From an uncultured Alphaproteobacteria bacterium (GTDB taxonomy: Bacteria > Pseudomonadota > Alphaproteobacteria > Methylaequorales > Methylaequoraceae): 64,000 nt of DNA. Below, piece after piece: positions 57,098-64,000 of this stretch (position 1 is its first letter; the number at the start of each line of letters is the position of its first letter). The translations under genes and the position numbers were made by a program. Where the stretch lies: the NCBI GenBank assembly GCA_902563305.1, contig CACEWP010000001.1, forward strand, positions 40,130-104,129. The letters are read 5' to 3'. Below the pieces are notes generated by a model. The model was not told the DNA's origin, did no database searches, and was given only the letters and a program-made list of their open reading frames with translations.

Positions 57098-57115
57098 TTT
57101 AATTATTTTATAAAT

Positions 57116-57688
57116 ATGTTTATACAAACAGAACAGACACCTAATCCCTCCACCCTTAAATTTTTACCAGGTATGGTACTTTTAAAGTCAGGAACATTGG
57201 AATTTAAAACTAAAGAAGAAGCTACAAAAAATTCATTGGCGAAGATTTTATTTTCTTTAAATAATGTAATGGGAGTTTTTATCGGTAAAGATTTTCTCAC
57301 AATTACTAAATCTGATGAAGTTGAGTGGGAAATGCTAAAACCAACAATTCTATCGGCTATACTCGACTTTTTTTCATCTGGTGGATTAATCGAAACAGAC
57401 GTTTCGCAAAAGACAGATTCAAAAGCTAAACTTCATAAGTACTCAAAAAAAGATCAAGAAATGGTGAATAAGATCAATGAACTTTTAGAAGAGAGAATTA
57501 AACCAGCTGTAGCTCAAGATGGTGGAGATATAAGTTTTGTTAAATTAAAAAATGGTGTCGTTTTTTTAGAACTTAGAGGAGCATGTTCTGGATGTCCTAG
57601 CTCAACAATTACTCTTAAATCAGGGATTGAAAATATGTTGAAGTATTATATTCCAGAAATTAAATCTGTTGAAGCTGTCAACCAGTAA
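57116..57688 (+). CDS. NifU/Nfu family Fe-S carrier
   Basis: MFIQTEQTPNPSTLKFLPG, PAVAQDGGDI and GACSGCPSS motifs. Confidence 0.93.
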   Translation: MFIQTEQTPNPSTLKFLPGMVLLKSGTLEFKTKEEATKNSLAKILFSLNNVMGVFIGKDFLTITKSDEVEWEMLKPTILSAILDFFSSGGLIETDVSQKTDSKAKLHKYSKKDQEMVNKINELLEERIKPAVAQDGGDISFVKLKNGVVFLELRGACSGCPSSTITLKSGIENMLKYYIPEIKSVEAVNQ

Positions 57689-58641
57689 TGGAAAAAAGCC
57701 AGGCAGTCTATAGAAATTTAGTTGTATTAATTGTTTCACTTGTTTTTATTAACCTAGCAATAGGATTCTATAAAAGCTTTTCTAAAATTAAAAATGTCGG
57801 AACTTCATCAATTAGTTTTAGAATTCAAGATAAAACTGCTCTAAATTATTTTACAAATAGATCTACAGTAGATTTTATAAGTCAAGCAGAGGAAATGATC
57901 GATATTTTTGAAAAATATGATTTTTCAGTCGATAATTTTATGAATGATCAATCCTCAAATTTAATTATTTTTTCAAGCTGGCCAAATGATTTCCTTGACA
58001 TTAAATCAATTAACAAAAGAAAAAAACTTTTTATTAATACTTTGCTACCAATAATTTTTCTAGAAAATAGAAAAATTTTAGAGGACAGAAAAAAGATTCT
58101 CGATTGGTGGAATCAATCAGATGGAGAGAGTTTTTCTAGAGAATTTTGGCCGAACTGGTTGTTTGAATTAAGTGAAAAATATAATTATACAGAATCGAGT
58201 TTGGGTAATCTATTAATAAGAGTAGATATAGTTCCATTATCATTAGCACTATCTCAAGCTGCTATAGAAAGTGGTTGGGGAACATCAAGATATATGAATG
58301 AAGGCAATGCTATTTTTGGACAATATACCTATGATAGTAAGGCGGGCATAAAACCAAAACAAAGATCAGAAAAAGAAAGGTTTTTTGTCAAGAAATTTTC
58401 AAGTTTATCTGATTCTGTGAAGTCCTATCTTAAAAATATAAATACTCACAATGCGTATGAAGATTTTAGACAGGAGAGAAGGAAATTAAGAATGAACGGT
58501 GAGGATTTATTAGGCAATGTTTTAGCTAATTATCTAACAAATTACTCGGAGAGAAATAAAGAATACGTTAAGGACCTTAAACTCTTAATAGAAACCAATA
58601 ATTTTATGAAGTTTGACAAAGCAGCAGGTCTTTTGAATTAA
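57688..58641 (+). CDS. Glucosaminidase-domain (Bax-like) protein
   Basis: QAAIESGWGTSR, GNAIFG, NINTH.AY and YSER motifs. Confidence 0.85.
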   Translation: MEKSQAVYRNLVVLIVSLVFINLAIGFYKSFSKIKNVGTSSISFRIQDKTALNYFTNRSTVDFISQAEEMIDIFEKYDFSVDNFMNDQSSNLIIFSSWPNDFLDIKSINKRKKLFINTLLPIIFLENRKILEDRKKILDWWNQSDGESFSREFWPNWLFELSEKYNYTESSLGNLLIRVDIVPLSLALSQAAIESGWGTSRYMNEGNAIFGQYTYDSKAGIKPKQRSEKERFFVKKFSSLSDSVKSYLKNINTHNAYEDFRQERRKLRMNGEDLLGNVLANYLTNYSERNKEYVKDLKLLIETNNFMKFDKAAGLLN

Positions 58642-59648
58642 AGTAGTCGTTTAATCATTTTCCCAAACCAAAAAACGTCTCCTTTTTGATCTATCAATGT
58701 GCAATTTATTCTATATCTAGTTCCAATCCTTAGGTTTTCTATGTATAATTGAACTTCATTCAAAAAGTTTTTTTTCCGTAACTTTGCATAATTATTTATA
58801 AAACAATTAATCATTTCTGAAGGGAAGTTTGATTTGAAATTTAATCTAAAACTACTTGAATTTACAACTGTGTCTTTAAATGAAATATCATAAGCATTTA
58901 ATGGTTTAGATTTAACAATTGTTTTAAACCTTTTCAAACTTCCAAATTCGTTATTAAGAGAAAAACGTGGAAGCCGAAATTTATTATCATTTTTTTGGAT
59001 TGGAGCTGAAAATTGAGAGAAAGCAAATTCATAATTTAACATTTTTATTAAACCTTCTATATCGGAATTACTTTCTCCAAAAGGATATGAAAATATTTTT
59101 GGCTGAACACCTAACCTCTTTTCAATTATTTCCTGATTTTCTATGACTTCCTTTATCAAGTCACTTCGGTTTATTTCAAGAAAACTCATGTGGCTTTTAG
59201 AGTGATTAAGAACTAGTCCATTATTTTCCGAAATTTCTTTAAGCATGGACCAACTCATAGAATCTGAATTAGATTCACTGGATACAAAATCAGAAGAAAC
59301 GAATATACTAAAGGGTAATTTATGTTTTTTTAAAATCGGAAAACCATGGTGGTAAAAAGACTTGAAAGCATCGTCGATCGTTATAAAAACAGATCTTTCT
59401 GGTAATTTTTTTTTCATTTTGAAATAATTAATTAAATCAGATAAGGGAAGAATTTTAATGTTTTCTTCAATTAAAAAATTAATGTGTTCTTCAAAAAGAA
59501 CTTTGGAAATACTAGTGCTTGGATACTTATTTTCATTAAATCTGTGGTACATCAAAACTACAATATTGGAATCGTCAGATTTAGTATCTTTTGGAAATAA
59601 AAAACATAGAATTAGAAAAATTAATTTGATGGTAAAATTAGATATCAT
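58638..59648 (-). CDS. Polysaccharide deacetylase family protein
   Basis: LMYHRF, ITIDD, NHSKSH and FSYPFG motifs. Confidence 0.88.
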   Translation of the reverse strand: MISNFTIKLIFLILCFLFPKDTKSDDSNIVVLMYHRFNENKYPSTSISKVLFEEHINFLIEENIKILPLSDLINYFKMKKKLPERSVFITIDDAFKSFYHHGFPILKKHKLPFSIFVSSDFVSSESNSDSMSWSMLKEISENNGLVLNHSKSHMSFLEINRSDLIKEVIENQEIIEKRLGVQPKIFSYPFGESNSDIEGLIKMLNYEFAFSQFSAPIQKNDNKFRLPRFSLNNEFGSLKRFKTIVKSKPLNAYDISFKDTVVNSSSFRLNFKSNFPSEMINCFINNYAKLRKKNFLNEVQLYIENLRIGTRYRINCTLIDQKGDVFWFGKMIKRLL

Positions 59649-60174
59649 TTATAATTGGAAATTTTTTCGAATTAAAAAGTTGATAGTGCCACCACTCATT
59701 TCTAAAGAAATCCCATCCCGCATCTGTCATAATCCCTAAGAGTATTAATCTATTCTTGTAAGACTCCTTTGAAATGTCATGACAACCATGATAAGAAAGT
59801 CTAGAAAATTCATCAAATCCAGTTCCCATATCTAGTTCACTTCCTTGTAAGTCGGTTAAAGTCAGATCAATTGCAACGCCCCTTGAATGAGGAGAACCTT
59901 TATCCGGAGGTGCTATAAAGCTTGGGTCTGGTAAGCATTCCCAAAGTTTTTTTTGTACATAGACAGGTCTATAAGCGTCAAATATTTTTATAAGAAGATT
60001 TTGTTTTTTTGCGATTTTGACTGCCAGATCAAGATGTTCATATGCGATCTTGTGAATAAAACATTCATTAGATTTGTATACTTTTTCATTAGTAAAGTTA
60101 TTTGATGTTGAATATCTAAGGTCAATCAGTACTTCTATTTTTTTTTTGTTTACTTTAACTAAATTTTGATTCAT
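59638..60174 (-). CDS. ddpX: D-Ala-D-Ala dipeptidase (M15)
   Basis: DAYRP, SPHSRGVAIDLTL, DMGTGFD and EWWHY motifs. Confidence 0.92.
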   Translation of the reverse strand: MNQNLVKVNKKKIEVLIDLRYSTSNNFTNEKVYKSNECFIHKIAYEHLDLAVKIAKKQNLLIKIFDAYRPVYVQKKLWECLPDPSFIAPPDKGSPHSRGVAIDLTLTDLQGSELDMGTGFDEFSRLSYHGCHDISKESYKNRLILLGIMTDAGWDFFRNEWWHYQLFNSKKFPIINDI

Positions 60175-60189
60175 TTTGGGAATTAAGTC

Positions 60190-60828
60190 ATGTTATCATT
60201 ATCAATTTTTAGTTCAAGTCAAAGAATTTCTGTCGCGCTTTATAATGAGAACAATTTAAAGAGATCATACGAACAAAAACTAAATCAAAAAAAAATTGAA
60301 GCAATTTTTTTATTTTTGAGGAAAATTTTGATAAATAATAAAAAGAAAATTAATAGAATTTTTTTTTCTGTGGGCCCAGGTAGTTACACTGCATTACGAT
60401 CTATTAAAGCTATTTCTCAGGGAATCGCACTCTTTTACGATTCCAAAATTGTAAACGTCACTGATTTTGAAATATACCTTGCAGAAATTAAAAATAACAA
60501 AAATGATGCCCTTATTTTTTTTGAAACTTTTAACGGAAAGTTTTTTTACCAGTTATTTAAACCCTATAAGAATATTTATAAACCAAACTCAAATTGTTTG
60601 AATGGAGATTTAAAAAATTTAAATAAATTTATTATAGATGAAATGAAGAAAAATAAAAAACTCAATTTGATTTCTGATAATAGAAAAAATTTTTCATCTC
60701 TAAAATTAAAAGATGTCAAAAAGAAAGTTATTGTAATACCTTGCGCAAAAAAAATGGCAAATGCAGTTTTTTCTGGTTATGGGTCTGAAAGCCAGGAAAT
60801 AATATATCCCCATACATATTATGAATGA
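60190..60828 (+). CDS. tsaB: tRNA t6A biosynthesis protein TsaB (divergent)
   Basis: GPGSYTALR motif; precedes rimI. Confidence 0.75.
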   Translation: MLSLSIFSSSQRISVALYNENNLKRSYEQKLNQKKIEAIFLFLRKILINNKKKINRIFFSVGPGSYTALRSIKAISQGIALFYDSKIVNVTDFEIYLAEIKNNKNDALIFFETFNGKFFYQLFKPYKNIYKPNSNCLNGDLKNLNKFIIDEMKKNKKLNLISDNRKNFSSLKLKDVKKKVIVIPCAKKMANAVFSGYGSESQEIIYPHTYYE

Positions 60829-61282
60829 TTATTTATTTAAAAGATTAGATGAAATTCATTCCAAGGAGATTTTTATTCTTCAGAATAAAAATATTAAAGA
60901 TTTTGGACAAAACATCTGGAAAACTAGGGAATTGCAAAAATCAATTAAACAAAAAATTTTCGAAGGGAATGTTTTTGTATACAATAGTAAAATAAATGGT
61001 TTTTGTTTTTTTAGAAAGATAGATGATTATATAGAGATTTATTCTCTCTTTGTAACACCTTTATTTAGACAAAAAGGTATAGCAAAAATATTTTTAGAAC
61101 GCTGCAAAGAATACTGTGAGCAAAACAATCTAAGAAAAATTATATTAGATGTAAACGAGACAAATCATAGAGCTATTAAATTTTACAAAAAAAACAACTT
61201 CCTTTTTTGTGGCAAAAGAAAAAATTACTATAGAAATAGTACCAGTTTTAATGACTCTTTTACAATGTATAAGTTATTGTAA
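60821..61282 (+). CDS. rimI: RimI-like GNAT acetyltransferase
   Basis: RQKGIA, LDVNETN.RA..FY and RKNYY motifs; tsaB-rimI synteny. Confidence 0.75.
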   Translation: MNDYLFKRLDEIHSKEIFILQNKNIKDFGQNIWKTRELQKSIKQKIFEGNVFVYNSKINGFCFFRKIDDYIEIYSLFVTPLFRQKGIAKIFLERCKEYCEQNNLRKIILDVNETNHRAIKFYKKNNFLFCGKRKNYYRNSTSFNDSFTMYKLL

Positions 61283-61284
61283 GA

Positions 61285-61497
61285 CTAACTCAGTTCAATT
61301 TCAAATATATCACTTTTTTTTTGTGTAACTTTTATTTCAAAATTTTTTTTTAGACTATTAGATAACAGGTTATATTCTTTTTTCCCTTTTAAGATAATTA
61401 CTTTTTTTTGATTAAAGTTTTCTTTAATGAATTCTTTTGTTTTAAGAAAACTCATTGGGCATTTCAAGTCTGTTATATCTAAAACTTTTTTTGTCAT
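61285..61497 (-). CDS. TusA-family sulfurtransferase
   Basis: LDITDLKCPM motif; 70 aa. Confidence 0.75.
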   Translation of the reverse strand: MTKKVLDITDLKCPMSFLKTKEFIKENFNQKKVIILKGKKEYNLLSNSLKKNFEIKVTQKKSDIFEIELS

Positions 61498-61602
61498 TTT
61501 TTTACTTCTTGTGTTATAATTCTCTTAATGGAGAATAAAACTCATTAGACCTTATTATAACGCAATAAAAGTTTAATAAAACTTAAATAAAAGGTTAACT
61601 AA

Positions 61603-62022
61603 ATGAATGAACTATTAGAAAAAATTAATAATTTAGGTCTAAAGATGACCGAGCAAAGGAAAATAATTGTTAAAGTTCTTTCAGATTCAAAAGATCATCC
61701 TGATGTTGAATCTGTCCACAAAAGGGCTTCTAAAATAGATAAAAAAATTGGAATTGCTACTGTTTACAGAACTATTAAGCTATTTGAGGATAATAATCTT
61801 TTGGAAAAACATGAATTTAGAGGCTATAGCTCAAGATATGAAACAGTAAGAGAGAACCATCATCACTTGATAGATATAAGAAGTGGGAAGGTTAAGGAAT
61901 TTAGAAACACTTTGGTAGATGCGATGCAAAAGCAGATTGCAAAAGAAATGGGTTATAACTTAGTAGATTATAGACTGGAAATATATGCCGTTCCAATTAA
62001 AAATAAAACAACAAAAAAATAA
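61603..62022 (+). CDS. fur: Fur family transcriptional regulator
   Basis: MTEQR, DHPD, ATVYRT and HHHLID motifs. Confidence 0.9.
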   Translation: MNELLEKINNLGLKMTEQRKIIVKVLSDSKDHPDVESVHKRASKIDKKIGIATVYRTIKLFEDNNLLEKHEFRGYSSRYETVRENHHHLIDIRSGKVKEFRNTLVDAMQKQIAKEMGYNLVDYRLEIYAVPIKNKTTKK

Positions 62023-62938
62023 AGAAAATTCTCAGAGTTTTTCTAAAATTGAAAAATTCAAATCTATATTAGATAAGGTGAAGTTTGCAGCAAGAAATGT
62101 CATTTACGTAAAAAATTGGTCAGACTCTCTGCAAAGATCACTCGATAAAAAAATATATTTATCCAAACATGTTTTGAATCCTAGGGACTTAAATATTAAT
62201 TTAAGTTGTTTCTCGATTAAAATTGTTAATGATACTCATCCTTTGATTCATAAAGTTAAGGAGTTGAGACAAAAAAGTTTTTTTAAAAATTCAGGAGAAA
62301 AAGAATCTGATTCCGATGAATTTGATAAGTTTTGTGATCATTTAGTTGTTATTGATAAATCAATATCAAAAGACTTTGTAGTAGGAACATATAGATTACT
62401 TCTAAAACCAAAGTTTTTAAAAAGTCAAAAATTTTACAGTCAATCAGAATTTAATATTAAAAATTTATTAAATAGTAAAAATTTAACATTACTTGAAGCA
62501 GGAAGATCCTGTGTTCATGAGAATTATAGAGATGGTAGGATAATTAAATTATTATGGAGGGGGCTAGCAACATATATTTCAAATAATCATGTTGATTTGA
62601 TTTTTGGTTGTGCAAGTTTTCCTTCAAGTAATTATAAATTATTTATTAAACAGCTTTCTTATTTGTATCACTATCACAGAACACCTGATTACTTATGTAC
62701 TGAACCCGTTGAAAAACTTAAAGCAAATTTTGATGTTCTAAAAAAAAACTCCCTTGATGTAAATGAAAGTTTTAGACAACTTCCACCACTTATAAAAGCA
62801 TATATAAGAGTTGGTGCATGGATCGGACCAGGAGCAATTGTTGATAAAAAATTTGATACTACCGATGTTTTAATTGTTTTAAATTCAAAAAAAATTTTAA
62901 AGAAATATTCTCAACTTTCCTTTCAAAAATTTTCCTGA
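61985..62938 (+). CDS. olsB: Ornithine N-acyltransferase OlsB-like GNAT (start uncertain)
   Basis: D.FD..CDHL, VVGTYRLL, FYSQSEF, EAGRSCV..YR, FGCASF, LPPLIKAY and D..F.TTD motifs. Confidence 0.8.
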   Translation: MPFQLKIKQQKNKENSQSFSKIEKFKSILDKVKFAARNVIYVKNWSDSLQRSLDKKIYLSKHVLNPRDLNINLSCFSIKIVNDTHPLIHKVKELRQKSFFKNSGEKESDSDEFDKFCDHLVVIDKSISKDFVVGTYRLLLKPKFLKSQKFYSQSEFNIKNLLNSKNLTLLEAGRSCVHENYRDGRIIKLLWRGLATYISNNHVDLIFGCASFPSSNYKLFIKQLSYLYHYHRTPDYLCTEPVEKLKANFDVLKKNSLDVNESFRQLPPLIKAYIRVGAWIGPGAIVDKKFDTTDVLIVLNSKKILKKYSQLSFQKFS

Positions 62939-63756
62939 TGCTTTATTCTCCAATATTATCTTTTTTTAGATTCTTGGCACTTGTCCCCTGGATATTAATT
63001 ACGGTGGGTTTTCATACTATAAGTATGATAATCTCACAAAAATTTTTCTTTATATTTTACAAATTTTTATTCTTTGGCTTAACTAAAATTTTTGGAATTA
63101 AAATTAATTCTTTTGGAAATAAAAAAAATAAAAAAGTTTTATTTATTTCAAATCATATCTCATATTTGGATATAATAATATTAGGTTCAACTATTGATGC
63201 AATCTTCGTAGCAAAATCTGAAATTAAGAATTGGCCAATTATTAATAAATTATGTTTTTTAGGTAAAACAATTTTTGTTGAGAGAGAAAATCTAAGGTCA
63301 ATAAAAATGCAAGCGGAAAATATTAAAACAAATTTGAGAAATGGTTTTAATGTAATTTTATTTCCTGAAGGAACATCAAGTGACGGATCAAGGGTGCTTA
63401 ATTTTAAGAGTTCCCTTTTTCAGGTAATAAATCACAATGAATTGAAAAACTACTCTATTCAACCAATTTCCATTTCTTATAATAAGTTAGATGGGTTGCC
63501 TCTGGACAAAACCTACAGACCATTTTTAGCATGGTTTGGAGCAATGGATCTTGTATCACATGCTTGGAAGTTCCTAGGACTTGGTGTTAGTGAGGTGAGC
63601 GTTCATTTTCATGAGTCCAAAAAATTTTCTTCTTTCGCAAATAGAAAACATGCATGTAGTTTTTGTCATGAAAAAATATCTCAACAAGTAATTAATGATT
63701 TTCGTTCGTTAGAGATTGATGATAAAATTAAACTAAATGAATTTAAATTCTTGTAA
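62938..63756 (+). CDS. Lysophospholipid/lyso-ornithine-lipid acyltransferase (PlsC/OlsA)
   Basis: NHISYLD (HX4D), FVAK and FPEGTS motifs; directly after the olsB-like gene. Confidence 0.85.
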   Translation: MLYSPILSFFRFLALVPWILITVGFHTISMIISQKFFFIFYKFLFFGLTKIFGIKINSFGNKKNKKVLFISNHISYLDIIILGSTIDAIFVAKSEIKNWPIINKLCFLGKTIFVERENLRSIKMQAENIKTNLRNGFNVILFPEGTSSDGSRVLNFKSSLFQVINHNELKNYSIQPISISYNKLDGLPLDKTYRPFLAWFGAMDLVSHAWKFLGLGVSEVSVHFHESKKFSSFANRKHACSFCHEKISQQVINDFRSLEIDDKIKLNEFKFL

Positions 63757-63787
63757 TACAAAAAAAATCATTTAATTATTTATAGAC

Positions 63788-64000
63788 ATGAATCAGTCTT
63801 TTTTTATTAAAACATATGGTTGTCAGATGAATGAATACGACTCAGAAAAGCTAAACGAGTTGTTAAAATTTAATGGCTATAAGGCGTCAAAAAATTTTGA
63901 AGAATCAGATATTGCAATACTTAATACATGTCATATAAGAGAAAAGGCATCAGAGAAATTATATTCGGATTTAGGCAGGCTTTCAAAGTTTAAAGAAAAC
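63788..64000 (+). CDS. miaB: tRNA methylthiotransferase MiaB (5' part; runs off window edge)
   Basis: Not in the ORF track. From ATG 63788 it reads [19 protein letters not shown]...[12 protein letters not shown]. Confidence 0.93.
   Translation, partial: MNQSFFIKTYGCQMNEYDSEKLNELLKFNGYKASKNFEESDIAILNTCHIREKASEKLYSDLGRLSKFKEN

Noticed and set aside
1-64000. tRNA, rRNA, riboswitches, transposases, parS
   Set aside because: None recognised by eye. Intergenic gaps are mostly too short or too AT-rich; a tRNAscan/Infernal run would be needed to be certain.

Overview
Very AT-rich, gene-dense chromosomal segment of a streamlined alphaproteobacterium. It is probably marine and SAR11-like in composition, but it keeps mutS, hrcA and glnD. 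The window spans the likely replication origin (hemE/maf intergenic region with DnaA boxes) and conserved housekeeping blocks: rho-hem, maf-aroE-coaE, leuS-lptE-holA, rph-rdgB, hrcA-grpE-dnaKJ-dapB, mutS-glnD-murJ-trpS, tsaB-rimI-fur-olsBA-miaB. The centre (about 27.3-47.2 kb) is a roughly 20 kb phosphate-starvation island bracketed by phoB and phoR, with four recognisable Pho boxes. It holds pstSCAB-phoU, sixA, a translationally coupled gapdh-arsJ-ppk1-ppx operon under a Pho box with no arsR, a plcP + agt-dgkA fusion lipid-remodelling unit and an OprO/P-type porin. Embedded in it is an apparently undescribed 2 kb module. It has an XRE-type HTH gene and a Fae-like gene lacking the catalytic His, divergent from an unannotated 24-aa peptide, a 102-aa orphan, and a lysine-rich repeat protein whose N-terminus is a degenerate paralogue of the XRE protein. 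Three CGCAA-N3-TTGCG-type palindromes link the module, two of them inside TTGACA/TATATT promoters. No rRNA, tRNA, CRISPR array or transposase was seen. All calls come from reading the sequence and ORF translations; no database search was run.
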